A stretch of DNA of 64,000 bases from Malacoraja senta (taxonomy: Eukaryota): assembly GCA_038087875.1 (NCBI GenBank), contig CM075988.1:18726001-18790000 (forward strand). Reading direction: 5' to 3'. The first letter of the stretch is position 1; every line of letters begins with the position of its first letter. The notes under the pieces were generated by a model. That model did no database searches, was not told the origin of the DNA, and saw nothing but the letters and a program-made list of their open reading frames with translations. Below, one piece after another: positions 48,563-61,384 of the stretch. The position numbers and the translations under genes were made by a program.

Positions 48563-49739
48563 TTAGCTAGCCATTCTTCTATCCTCAGTCTGCAGGTCCC
48601 AACATGAAACGTCATCTGTACATTCCCTTCACCGATGCTGAGTTCCTCCAGCACTTTATGTTTCACTCAAGCATCAAGAATGCAGACACAAGGGTGTCAT
48701 CAATCCTCTATCCATGCTAATATGTTACCCCCTGTGCCGTAAACTTATGTTTTCCCCAATAACCTTTGATATTTTACCTTATCAGATGGCTTCTGGAAAT
48801 CAAAGCGTTGTACATCAACCAGTTTTCCTTATTCCACAGCATGTTACCTCTTCAAAGAACTCTAATACATTGATCAAACACGAATTGCCTTTCATAAAAT
48901 CTCATTGACTTTGCCTGAGTACTTTGAATTTTTAGTTGCCCTGTTGTAACCTGTTGATAGCAGTGTCTAACATGTTCCCCGTGTCTGACATTAAGCTCAC
49001 TGGCTTTCTGACTCCCTCGCTCTTTGAATAGAGACTTATTTGCCAGTTTTGCAATCAAAATGAAACTTGCCCAAATCTAGGGTTTTGGAAAATTAAAACC
49101 AATGCATCAACTTCTGCAGCCACTTCATTTAAGATGTGTAGGAATGGGTGATGTTTCTGAAGAAGGGTCTCGACCCCAAACTGAGTTACTCCGGCATTTT
49201 CTGTCTATAGATGGTCAGTGTAGATAATCAGTTAGATGGTCAGTATTCATGGTCAGTTAGATAATCAGTAACAATGGTCAGTGTAGATAGTCAGTGTAGA
49301 TGGTCAGTATTGATGGTCATAGATGGTCATCCATTCATGTGTGTCTGGGATCCCCACACAGTCCTGACAAGGTACTATTTATTTCCACATGAAAGTCATT
49401 TTGTGGCCGAGGTGGACTTTACTTTCAGGAACCATCCATTTGTACTGTGGTCATCATGACTAATACCAGCTGTCTTTCTGAAAAACAAAATCAAGATTTG
49501 TAACTGAATGTAAAGTCCATAGTGGGTCATGAACCCAGGACACTGTTTGCTGGCCCAGGCCTCTGGGCTACTCATGCAGAAATGAAACTGTTGCACCTTC
49601 ATCAAAATCACCTGTAGTCATCTAAGAATTTGAAAGGTTCAACATAAACACATGTGCTTTCTTTCTTGAATGAATTGCTGCCCATATTCTTTTGTACCAT
49701 TCTCTCCAAAGATAAAGCTCTTCTACGAATTATTTGTCA

Positions 49740-50240
49740 AAAGCTTCCAGGAGATTTTAAGTGATTCACCAGGATATTATCTGGGTTTGTGGTCTTGAGT
49801 TTGTGGTCTTGAGAGGTTAGATAGGCTGGGACTTCTTTGGAGCGTAGGAGGCTGAGGGGTGACCTTATTGAGGTGTACAAGATCATGAAGGGCATGGATA
49901 AAGTGAATGCTCGCCGTCTTTTTCCCAGAGTAGAGGATTCTAAAACTAGAGGGCATAGACTTAAAGTGAGAGGGGAGAGATTTAAGAGGGACCTCAAGGG
50001 TAACATTTTCACTCAGAGGGTAGACCATATCTGGAATGAGCTGCCAGAGGAAGCTGCAGAAGCGGATATAATTGTGACTGTTAATAAAGTAATTTGGACA
50101 GATATGTGGGCAGGAAGGGTTTGGAGGGCAATAGGCTAAATGCAGGTAAATGGGACTAGCCTAATATGCCAACTTGGTCGGCATGGACAAGATGGGCCAA
50201 AGGGCCCGTTTCCATCCTCAACTGCTCTATGACTCTCTGA
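49740..50240 (+). mobile_element. CR1-like LINE 3' fragment
   Basis: ERRRLRGDLIEVYKIMKGMDKVN...FTQRVDHIWNELPEE. Confidence 0.9.
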
Positions 50241-50598
50241 CTGACATGATTTTCCTTTCACTGACAAACCAAACATTGCTTAAATTGGTGCCATAATCCC
50301 AATTATTAAACACAGATTAAGAGATATCCAATTACATTTGCAGCTTTCAATTCAATATTGCCAATTCCTTAAGTTAAATATGAGAGAGTTTGCAACCACG
50401 TCATTGTATGAATATCCTACTCATTACACAATGATTATAGTTCTGTTTCAGAATGTGATACTTTTCATTTAGTTAACTTTCGCTGAGTTCAGTTTAGTTT
50501 AGTTTAGTTTATTGTCACGTGTACCGAGGAACAGCAAAGAGCTTTTTTGTTGCCTGCTATCCAGTCAGAGGAAAGACTATACATGATTGCAATCAAGC

Positions 50599-50912
50599 CA
50601 GGTCTGGATTAACCATTAAGCAAAATAAGCACGTGCTTAGGGCATCAAGGGAAGGGGGGCACCACAGAAATGGTAAATGGTTTACGGCACAAAAGAAATC
50701 ACTTTAAACTTGCTCAAATAATACTCGAAGTGGTTTATATGATCGGAATTTTCCATCGTATGATTATGGTTATTATCCATCTTACTGTTAGTTTTGTTTC
50801 ATTTTGAAAAATAAAAAAATATTTTATGGTGTATTATTGTTTATATTTTGAATTACACATATATGGGGGCACCAAAATCTTTAGGGCCTCTATGGGTCTC
50901 AATCCGGCCCTG
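50599..50912. mobile_element. hAT-type (Tip100-like) MITE
   Basis: TIRs CAGGTCTGGATTAA / TCAATCCGGCCCTG; 7-8 bp TSD ATCAAGC(C); it splits a LINE-tail repeat that resumes afterwards. Confidence 0.75.
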
Positions 50913-51975
50913 ATCAAGCCGTCCACAGTGTGCAGATACAGGATAAAGAGGATCACATTTAGCGCAAGATAAAGTCTGATTAAAGATAGTCCGAGGGTCT
51001 CCAATGAGATAGGTGGGAGGTCAGGAGCGCTCTCTAATTGGTGAAAGGATGGTTCAGTTGCCTGAAAACAGCTGGGAAGCCATGTCTCTCTGACTGACAT
51101 GATTTCCTTACACCTACAAACGAAACATTGCTTAAGCCAGTGCAATATGCCAGTTATCCACACACAGATTACAAATCCAATTTCATTTGCCGTTTTCATT
51201 TCAACATTGCCAATTCCTTTTGTTCAACATGAGATACATTGGAACCACATCATTGTATGACTATTTCGCTCATTACATAATGATTATAGCCACAAAATGT
51301 TGGAGTAACTCAAGGGGTCTATCTTTGCAGTTCCTTCCTACACGTAATAATTATAGTTCTGTTTCAGAATTTAATAGTTGCTTTCGCTCTTGTGTGTTAT
51401 TCCTTCTCATGACACGCAAGCTCTATCTTGGGAATGCTGACAACATTTGTTGATGGTAGTATTGCAGGAAGTGTGCACTTATAGAATAAGACATCTATGA
51501 AGACTACGGCTACACAAATGGGTATAAGAGCAAGCAAGCAATGAGCATAGACTATAGAACAGTACAGGAATGACCCTTTCAGCCCACAATCTTTGTGCTG
51601 AACATGATGCCGAGCTGAACTGATCTCATCTGCCTGCAGATGATCCATATCCCTCCATTCCATGTACTTCCATGTGCCTATCTATAAGCCTCTTAAATGC
51701 CACTATAGTATCTGCCTCCACCACCACCCCTGGCAATGCGTTCCAGGCCCCTATTCCCGACCGTATAAAAAACTTGCCCCACGCATCTCATTAATTCCCC
51801 CCTCTCATCTTATAGCTACTGTATGCCCTTTAGTGTTTGACATTTCCACCCTGGGAAAAGGGTTCTGAACGTATACCTTATCCATGCTTCTCATCATTTT
51901 ATATACTTCCATCGAGTCTCCTCTCAAACTCCGACACTCCAGAGAAAACAATCCAAGTCCATCCAACCTCTATCA

Positions 51976-52297
51976 GGGCGGCACAGAGACGCAGCGGTAG
52001 AGTTGTTGCCTTAGAACCCTTGCGGCATCGGAGACCAGGGTTTGTTCCCGACTACGGGTGCTGTCTGTACGGAGTTTGTACGTTCTCCCCGTGACCGCGT
52101 GGGTTTTCTCCGAGATCTTCCGTTTCCTCCCACACTCCAAAGAGGTACAGGTTTGTAGGTTAATTGGCTTGTTATAAGCATAAATTGTCCCTGGTGCGTG
52201 TAGGGTAGTGTTAATCTGCGGGGTTCGCTGGTCGGCGCGGACTCGGTGGGCCGAAGGGCCTGTTTCCTACGCTGTATCTCTAAAGCTAAACTAAACT
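51976..52297 (+). mobile_element. HE1-like V-SINE
   Basis: Full head, V domain and (taaac)n tail. Confidence 0.88.
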
Positions 52298-53100
52298 CTG
52301 CCTTGAGCCTCTAATCCAGACAGCTTTCAATGGTATGCTGATATTGAAATAATTAACGCATTAAGATATAAAAACTCAACAAGAAAAGTGGCTCAGTCAT
52401 GGCTAATGTGAAGTTATAGACAATATTAGATCAAAGGAAACGACATAATGTGACCAAAAGAAGCAATACACCCGAGGACTGGGATAATTGCAGAATTCAG
52501 CAAAGAAGCATTAAGAAATTGATAAGGAAAAGGAAAGTAGAAAGTAGTAATCTGGCGAGGAACATATACAATAGGCAGTAAAACCTCCACAGATATGTAA
52601 AAAGCAAAAGATTAGCAAAAGTTAATATAGGTCCCTTAAAGACTGATTCAGGAGAAATTATATCAGGGAATAAGAGAAATGAAGCAAATATGCCATCTGT
52701 CTTCACACAAGAAGATATCGAGAAATTCCAGGAAATAGACGCGAAGCAAAAAAAATTAGCATTTGCAAAAGAAAAGTATTGGAGAAATTAATGGAACAGA
52801 ATACTGATAAATCCCCAAGAACTGATGCCCTGTCGCTAAGGTTTTGAATGAAGGGTTATAGAGATAATGGAGGCTACCTGTCACTGTCCAAGATTCCTGC
52901 ATCTTTGGAGTGTTTTCTGAAGGATGGAAGGCAACAAGTAAGCCCATGATTTAAGCAAGGAGAAAAGTTTAGTTTAGTTTAGAGATACATTGTAGAAACA
53001 GGTCCTTCAGTCCACCGGGTCCATGCCGACCAGCGATCCCCGTAGGCTGGCGCTGTCCTACACACTAGGGCCAATTTTACACTTTTTACCGAAGCCAAAT

Positions 53101-53666
53101 AACCTACAAACCTGTATGTCTTTGGTGTGTGGATGGAAACTAGAGCACCCGGGGGAAACCAATGCAGTCACATGGAGAACGTGCAACTCTGTATAGACAG
53201 CACCCGTATTCAGGATGGAACCCGGTCTCTGGTGCTGAAAGGCAGCAACTCTACTGCTGCACCACCGTGCTGTGGAGTGGTTTCATGGAAGAACAGGCGA
53301 TAAGTTTAGTGGGGTGAGGGGGAGAGAGAACAGCTTCAAATTGCTGGGCATGAATATCTGTGATGACCTGTTAGGGCCTAGGACGTAGATGCAATCACCA
53401 GCACCTCTTCTTCCTTGGACGTTTAAAGAGGTTCGCCATGTCACAAATTACTCTGAGAAGCCTCCACAGCTATACTGTGGGACATACCCTAACTGGTTAT
53501 CACAACGCACAGGAACATCCCCTAACTGGCCATTCCAACGCACAGGAACGCAAGAGGCTGCGGAGAGTGGTGGACACAGCTCAGTCCATCACGGGCACAG
53601 CTCTCCCCGCCATCGAAAGCATCTACAGCAGGCGCTGCCTCGAGAAGACAGTATCTATCATCAAGG
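53101..53666 (+). repeat. Near-identical copy of 61169-61736 (V-SINE half plus Rex1-like fragment)
   Basis: Same SINE-to-Rex1 junction and the same private ~33-bp internal duplication in both copies; only a handful of differences by eye. Confidence 0.92.
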
Positions 53667-54597
53667 GAGCTCCCACAGAAAACCCATGCAGGTCACAGGG
53701 AGAACGTACAAACTCCGTACAGACAGCATCGAACCCAGGTCTCTGGCTCTGTAAGGCAGCACAGCTTTACTGCCACACCACTATGCCGCCATGACAGAAA
53801 GAGAAGAGGGGAAGGAATCTAGGCACCAAGTACCCTGGCATGAGTAGTTAGTCAATTGGTAGCTTCCGTGGGCAAGCAGTGGTTACAGAAAACTTGCCCG
53901 GAATATTTGCATCGGGCAGCGTCAGCATGGATTAATGGAAGGGACAGTATGTTTGATAAATTTGATTTATTTTTGAGGTTGTATCCAGCAGGATTGATTG
54001 ATTGATTGAAAGAAAGAGCATGGAAATAGACACTTTGGCCCACTGTCCATGGCGACCATCGATTACCAGTTCACACTAGTTCTGTGTCATCCCGTTTTGT
54101 CATTCACTCCCTACGCACCAGGGACAATTTCCAGAGGCCAATGAACTTAGAAACCTGCATGTCTTAGGGATGTGGTAGGAAACCGGGGCACCTGGCGGAA
54201 AGCCACGCAGTCCCAGGGAAAAAAGTGCAAACTCCATGCAGGCATCAAACCTGGGTGTCTGGCGCTGTGAGGCAGCAGCACTACCTACTGCGCCACTGTG
54301 CGTCCTGAGAAGGAGGAATACCAGATGTGATTCAGTTGGACTTTCAGAAAGCTTTTTGAAAAAGTGATACTGTGGCACCATTTCACACTAATAATTCTAT
54401 TGGTTTATTATTGTCTCATGTACCGAGATACAGTGAAAAACATTGTATGCATGCCATCCAATACGTAGAGTTTATACATTAAAGCTTCTGCCTCTCTCCA
54501 CAATAAATGCCAATCTGTTGAATGACCCCAGCATTGTTTGTTTCATTTTAAATTTCCAGCATCTGCAGTATTTAGATTTCAGCCCCACATGAACAAT

Positions 54598-54907
54598 ATT
54601 TAGTTTAATTTAATTTAGAGATACAGCACGGGGACAGGCCCTTCGGCCCACCGAGTCCGTGCCGATCAGCGATCACATTATCCTGCACACTAGGGACAAT
54701 TTACATTTATACCACGCCAATTAAACTACAGACCTGTACGTCTTTGGAGTGTGGGAGGAAACCGAAGTTCTCAGAGAAAACACGTGCAGGTCACGGGGAG
54801 AACGTACAAACTCTGTACAGACAGCACCCGTAGACGGGATCGAACCCGAGTCACTAGCGTTGCAAGCGCTGTAAGGCAGCAACTCCACCGCTGCGCCACC
54901 ATGCCAC
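54598..54907 (-). mobile_element. HE1-like V-SINE
   Basis: Complete on the minus strand. Confidence 0.88.
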
Positions 54908-55543
54908 ACACATAAACACATTTCTTTATGTTGCAGCAGTCTCTTTCACAACTGCAGTGCGTCTTAAAATATAACGTGGAATGCCTGTTCTGCTTAGTTT
55001 AATGTAAGGTGGAAGGAGCAGTCGGAAATGAAATGACACCAATTTGCCACAAACTACAGTGAGATTTTCATTCACATCTTGGGCTGTACGCAAGTTGAAT
55101 AAATGACTTGAAGCCAGGGAAGGTGATTCAAATTCACTGATCATCACCGCTTTCCTCTACTCCTTTGTACCAAGCTATGCCAATTATTGTAGGATTGCAC
55201 AAAACTTTCAGATTAATCAAACCCTTGGGTAATGGTTGTGCTAATATTTATTCCTTCACTTATTAAGACAATCTATCGGCTGCCGGAGATAATGTGACTT
55301 ATTACCATCAGATGGTTACGGAGGTTGTTTTGTGAGGTGCGGGATCTGTTCGCTGGGCATACTTGGCCAGTAACTGAAACTCAATGGGTTGGAGTCATCG
55401 CATCATACAGATCCTTCATTGCAAAAGCAACCAAAGTGCCCATCTAATCTAGTCCCATTTGCCCATGTTTGGCCCATATTCCTCTAAACCTTTCCTATCC
55501 ATGTATCTACGCAAGTGTCTTTTAACTGCTGTTTAGTTTTGTT

Positions 55544-55904
55544 CAGGGGTGGGGAGCCTGCGGCCTTAAGGCTGCGTGCGGCCTTCTAGGCCATTAACTG
55601 CGGCCTTTTGAATGAATCCAAATTTTGTAGAACAAATCCTTTTATTTTTATTAATATTTTGTTCGTCTTTTATTATTTAAATTTTAATCTTAAAAGAACG
55701 TATTTAAAATACTAAAGAGTAAAAGAAGATTCAACGAAATAATCCTCCCCTACTGACGGCCACAATTAAAACATTAGTAAGTCATGAGGGCTATTTTAAC
55801 AAAATAATGTACATTTTGAAGTGTATCTAATTGAAGTTTCTTGGATGCGGCCTTATTAGATTACAGCTAACTAGATTCCAACATGAAAAGGTTCCCCACC
55901 CCTG
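55544..55904. mobile_element. hAT (Charlie-like) MITE
   Basis: TIRs CAGGGGTGGGGAGCCT / AGGTTCCCCACCCCTG; 8-bp flanks GTTTTGTT / GTTTAGTT, within a SINE (gttta)n tail. Confidence 0.85.
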
Positions 55905-56471
55905 GTTTAGTTTAGTTTAGAGATACAGCGCGGCAACAGGCCCTTCGTCACTTTGGGTCTATCCTTACAGGGAGGTTTGCTACTCAGGAGAGTTTATACC
56001 AGTGAGGCAGGGGCGGTGGGACCCAGAACGACAGTGCAGCAGGTGGGGCGGCTGACTCACGTGAAGAAAATAGAACAGGCAAGTCCAGTGGGAAGAGCAG
56101 GGAGAGGCAGAGGGGGAAACATCAGAGGGTTGGTTGGCTTAATTGCATTTACTTTAATACCCCGGAGTCTCAGAGGTGAGACAGGTGTGGTGAGAGTGTG
56201 GATCATGACACAGGATTGGAATATTGTTCCAGTCACTGAAACATGAGTGAGGAAAGGGACAGGAATGGCGTCTCTGTGAGGAGGGGGTTGCACTGCAGAT
56301 CAGGGTGAGCATTGCCATAGCACTCAGGGTGGGTGTCCTGGGGCGATCGGCTGTGAGGGTGTACGGGTAGAACATAGGAATAAGAATGGGGCGATTACTA
56401 TGATGTGGATAACCTACAGGTCTCCCAATAGTCAATGGGGCAGAACAGATGTGTAGCCAGATCTCAGAAGC

Positions 56472-56768
56472 TGGGGTGGCACGGTGGCACAGTGATAGAC
56501 TTGCTACCTTACAGCGCCAGAGACCCAGGTTCGATCCAGACTACGGGTGCTGTCTGTACGGAGTTTGTACATTTTCCCTGTGACCACATGCGTTTTCACT
56601 GGGTGCTCCCGTTTCCTCCCACACTCCAAAGAGTTTTGGTAAAATTGTTAAAATTGCCCCTAGTGAGTAGGATGGCGCTAGTATACGGGGCGATCGCTGG
56701 TCGGTGCCGACTCGGTGAGCCAAAGGTCCTGTTTCCATGTTGTATCTCTGAAGACTAAAGTCTAAATC
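56472..56768 (+). mobile_element. HE1-like V-SINE
   Basis: ggggtggcacggtggcacag head, ggttcgatcc B box, V domain. Confidence 0.82.
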
Positions 56769-57031
56769 TCAGAAGGTTGTAAAATCAATAGGACTCTAGT
56801 AGGAATCACTGCCTCAAAGGGACAGCCAGCATAATCAGAGACCCACACCACCCTGGCCACACACTCATTGCACCCCTGCCATCGGAAAAAAAGGTACAGG
56901 AGCCGGTAAACTGTAACATCCAGGTTCAGGAACAACTTCTTCCCTATAGCCATTCGGTTAATAAACACTACAATCTCAAATAAGCTCTGAACTACATAGA
57001 CTGTTGTTGTTAGTGTTGCACTATCATTGTA

Positions 57032-57047
57032 CCACCAGGGGGCGCTG
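57032..57047 (+). promoter_or_regulatory. Consensus CTCF-binding motif
   Basis: CCACCAGGGGGCGCTG matches the vertebrate CTCF core consensus; binding not shown. Confidence 0.55.
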
Positions 57048-57904
57048 ACGATGGCAGCCTCGCCAACAGTCTGTCTGTCCTTTCGTCTTTTTTTGTTGTT
57101 ATTTTTAGTGTGTTTTCAAAGTTTGTTTTAATGTTCTCTGGTTTGTTTTATGTGGGGGGGTGGGGGAAACTTTTGTCAATCTATTACCTTGCTAGAGATG
57201 CGATTGTTCTACGGATCGTATCTCAGGTCGTTCTGCGGCCTAACCGTGGAGCTGGAGGCCTTGCTCGGGACTGACTTTGAACCCCACCGCGGGGACGTGG
57301 ACTTACCAACGGAGCCGATCCCTTGCCTGGGACTTCACCATCGAGGAGCTCGCAGTCTCGGGTAGAGACCGTCGATGTCGGGAGCTCCAACGATGCAGAA
57401 GCTTCGACCAGCCCCGACCCGGGGTCTGATCGCTCGACGCGGGGATGCTGAGGATTCCCCCCCCCCCCCCACCAATCCACCCCCCGAGGAGCTTGATCGC
57501 CTCGACGTGAGGGCCCAAACGCCGCCGGCTACGGGAGCCAAGATCGTCCCGTCAACGGAAGGCTCGAGGCCCCCGACCGCGAGAGAACATAGAAGGGAAG
57601 AGATTGAACTTTTTTTCGCCTTCCATCACAGTGAGGAATGTGGAGGAGTCACTGTGGTGGATGTTTATGGTAAAATGCATTTTGTGTGTTCTGTTGCTTT
57701 TTATTGGTATGACTATATGGTAAATGAAATTCCTCGTATGTTGCAAAACATACTTGGCTAATAAAGTATTATTATGATTATGATTATGATTATGATTGTT
57801 TTTTTGTGTGCGTGTATGTTAATATATATATATATATATGATCTATATATATATATATGTGTATTTGTATGTGTACATATACACACACTGAAATTTCATT
57901 TTTG

Positions 57905-58515
57905 CTACACTTGTCCCTTTACCTTCTCCCTCGACTCCAATCAAGGACCCAAGCAGTCGTTCCAGGTGCGACAGAGGTTCGCCTGCACCTCATCCAACCT
58001 CATCTATTGCATCCGCTGCTCTAGATGTCAGCTGATCTACATCGGTGAGACCAAGCGCAGGCTTGGCGATCGCTTCGCCGAACACCTCCGCTCGGTTCGC
58101 AATAACCAACCTGATCTCCCTGTGGCTCAGCCCTTCAACTCCCCCTCCCATTCCGAAACCGACCTTTCTGTCCTGGGCCTCCTCCATGGCCAGAGTGAGG
58201 ACCACTGGAAATTGGAGGAGCAGCACCTCATATTCCGCTTGGGCAGTCTGCACCCCAGTGGCATGAACATTGACTTCTCCAATTTCCGGTAGCCCTTGCT
58301 GTCTCCTCCCCTTCCCAGCTCTCCCACAGCCCTCTGGCTCCTACTCTTCCTTTCTTCTTTCCTCCCCCCCCCCCCACCCTACATCAGTCTGAAGAAGGGT
58401 TTTGGCCCGAAACGTTGCCTATTTCCTTTGCTCCATAGATGCTGCCGCACCCGCTGAATTTCTCCAGCACTTTTGTCTACCTTCGATTTTCCAGCATCTG
58501 CAGTTCCTTCTTGAA
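57905..58515 (+). mobile_element. Penelope-like element 3' end: GIY-YIG endonuclease domain plus terminal repeat with hammerhead-like core
   Basis: NLIYCIRCSRCQLIYIGETKRRLGDRFAEH...KLEEQHLIFRLGSLHPSGMN, stop at 58292; CTGAAGAAGGGTTTTGGCCCGAAACGTT from 58389. Confidence 0.92.
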
Positions 58516-59144
58516 CTTTCTTTTTCTCTCGTTTATCATATTGTTTACAGTGCACTATCTCTACATATTCTGTTGTGCTGCTACAAGTAAGAATCTCATT
58601 GTTCTATCTGGGACACATGGCAATAAAACACTCTTGACTCTCTCTTGACTCTAGTGGGGGACTGTTCTTTTCTGATATTGACTGGGATTACCTGAGTGTG
58701 AGGGAGTTAGTTGGGATGGAATTTGTAAAATGCATTCCAGAAGGTTTTCTGAAGCGGTGTGCAGAGACCCACTGTGGAAGGATCTGTACATGACCGTATG
58801 GAATGACAAAACACAAAGTGCTGGAGGAACTGAGCAGGTCAGGCAGCATCTGTGGAGGCAATGGACAGGCAATGTTGCGGGTTGGGACTCTTCTTCAGAC
58901 TGGTTAGTACGGGTGTCAGAGGTTAATGGGGAGAAAGCAGGAGAATGGTGTTGGGAAGGAGAGATAGATCAGCCATGATTGAAAGGCGCAGTAGACTTGA
59001 TGGGCCGAATGACCTAATTCTGCTCCTATAACTTATGGCTGAGCTTACGGAATGACAATGGGTAAGTGACAGACATGTCCGTGCAGGAACCCTTTGGGAA
59101 CAGTGACCATGGTTCGGTCAGCGTCACGTCGTCATGGAAAATGG

Positions 59145-59465
59145 TCTGACCTTTCTGTCCTGGGCCTCCTCCATGGCCAGAGTGAGGACCACCATAAATT
59201 GGAGGAGCAGCACCTCATATTTCACTTGGGCAGTTTGCACCCCAGCGGTATGAACATTGACTTCTCTAATTTCAGGTAGTCCTTACTTTCTCCTCCCCTT
59301 CTCAGCTCTCCCTCAGCCCATTGGCTCCACTTCCTTTCTTCTCACCCCCCCCCCCCACCCTCACATCAGTCTGAAGAAGGGTTTCACCCCAAAACATTGC
59401 CCATTTCCTTCGCTCCATAGATGCTGCCTCACCCGCTGAGTTTCTCCAGCATTTGTGTCTACCTA
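59145..59465 (+). mobile_element. Penelope-like element 3' fragment
   Basis: SDLSVLGLLHGQSEDHHKLEEQHLIFHLGSLHPSGMNIDFSNFR*, then the same terminal repeat. Confidence 0.88.
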
Positions 59466-60322
59466 TGGAAAATGGTAAAGTCAGTCGTTGAGTACATGCC
59501 TTGCACTGGGGGAAGGGAGGCTTCCACAGCGAGAGGCAGGGCCTGGTGAAGGTCATTGGGAGAAGCTGGTAGAAAGGAAGCAAGATCCAAAAAGTGAGAG
59601 ACACAAAGAAATGCAGATGCTGGTTTACAGAGAAAAAAAAGACACAAAGTGCTGGAGTAACTCAGCGGGTTAAACATCATCTCTTAGATTCTACCCATGT
59701 TCTCCAGAGATGATGCCTGACCCACTGTGTTAGTTTAGTCTAGTTTAATTTATTGTCACCTGCACCGGGAAAATCTTTTTGTTGCGTGCTAACCAGCCAG
59801 CGGAAAGACAATACGTGACAATACTCCAGCACTTTGTGTCTTTGTCCAATATGTGGGAAGTGTTTAAAGGTGAAACTGTGAGAAATCACTTTTATTCCTG
59901 CCTCGATGACAGGCAATTTGCAGAATGTGTGGACCACGGCCCATTGAGGTATGGGGTAGGTGCATATTAAAGATAGCTCACAGATAGCCTCAGGCCTGCA
60001 CTTTAACTGTGCATTTGGTGAGCTGTCGACTTTAAATTGCACTGTAAAGATGTTAATGCGCCTGCAATACTTCAGTGCTCACTCTTTGGCATCTATAGAT
60101 AGCATGGAGCCAGGTTCAAAGGGATGTGGGGTGTACAGCAAACCCCGTGCTTGATGTTGCTTCTGTGTGTTTACAGTATCGAGACATTAGCAGAACAAAA
60201 AACAAGCTTCTTATTTCGTTATCTTCTGAATCTCTAGTCCAGGGCTTTCTGTAGATGTACTAGTTGGCGTCTGAGCCTGTTCCTGCTGTTGATGAGGGAT
60301 AACAGGGTCTATCTGTCAGCAA

Positions 60323-60727
60323 ATGAGAGAGAGAGAGAGAGGGGGGGGAGGGAGATGGGGAAGGGGAGGTAGAGGGGGAGATAAAGCGGGAGAGAGGGAG
60401 GGAGAGAGGAAGATGAAGCGGGAGAGGGAGAGGGAGAGGGTGAGAGAGGAGGGGAGAGAGAGGGGGAGAGAGAGGGAGAGGGAGAGAGGAAGAGGGAGAG
60501 GGAGAGGGAGAGGGAGAGAGGAAGAGGGAGAGGGAGAGGGCAAGAGAGAGAGGGGGAGAGAGAGGGAGAGGGAGAGAGGAAGAGGGAGAGAGGGAGAGGG
60601 TGAGGGGGAGAGAAAGAGGGAGAGGGAGAGGGAGAGAGAGAGAGGGGGAGAGCGAGAGGGAGAGGGTGAGGGGGGAGAGAAAGGGAGACAGAGGGAGACA
60701 GAGAGAGGCAGAGAGAGAGAGAGAGGG
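60323..60727. repeat. ~400-bp polypurine (GA/GGA) low-complexity tract
   Basis: Almost only A and G on the plus strand. Confidence 0.97.
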
Positions 60728-61034
60728 ACTCATTACCCAGGCAGCAGGAGACTCAGGACAATGTGAAATGACAACAGAGGCGGAGTGAAAGCAGCAAAAT
60801 TAGAACGACATGACTTAACATCAAATAGAGAAATTAGATGACAGGAACTTGGATTTAAGTAGCAGCAGAGACTGCTGGAAAAGCTCAGCAGGTCAGGCAG
60901 CATGTTAATTTTTCAGGTCTTTTGTGCTTTTGGATTCATCTGCAGGCTTTGATGTGCGGTCCAAGTGTACATCTTGTCCAAAGGTGTTTCACTGATGCAT
61001 TTTCACAGGGATATTAACACCAGCAGTAAAGGAG

Positions 61035-61340
61035 TTGAGTTTAGTTTAGAGATACAGCACGGAAACAGACCCTTCAGCCCATTGAGTCCGCGCCAACCAG
61101 CGATCGCCCCGTAAACCAGAACTATCCAACACACGAGGGACAATTTACAATTTGTACCAAAGCCAATTAACCTACAAGCTTGTATGTCTTTGGTGTGTGG
61201 ATGGAAACTAGAGCACCCGGGGGAAACCAATGCAGTCACATGGAGAACATACAACTCTGTATAGACAGCACCCGTATTCAGGATGGAACCCGGGTCTCTG
61301 GTGCTGAAAGGCAGCAACTCTACTGCTGCACCACCGTGCT
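61035..61340 (-). mobile_element. HE1-like V-SINE
   Basis: Tail, V domain and head on the minus strand. Confidence 0.85.
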
Positions 61341-61384
61341 GTGGAGTGGTTTCATGGAAGAACAGGCGATAAGTTTAGTGGGGT

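Noticed and set aside
49208..49330. Structured array of agatggtcagt units
   Set aside because: Short degenerate minisatellite with no further organisation.
60260..60788. Arg-Glu or Ser-Leu-Pro rich ORFs
   Set aside because: Translation of the polypurine tract.
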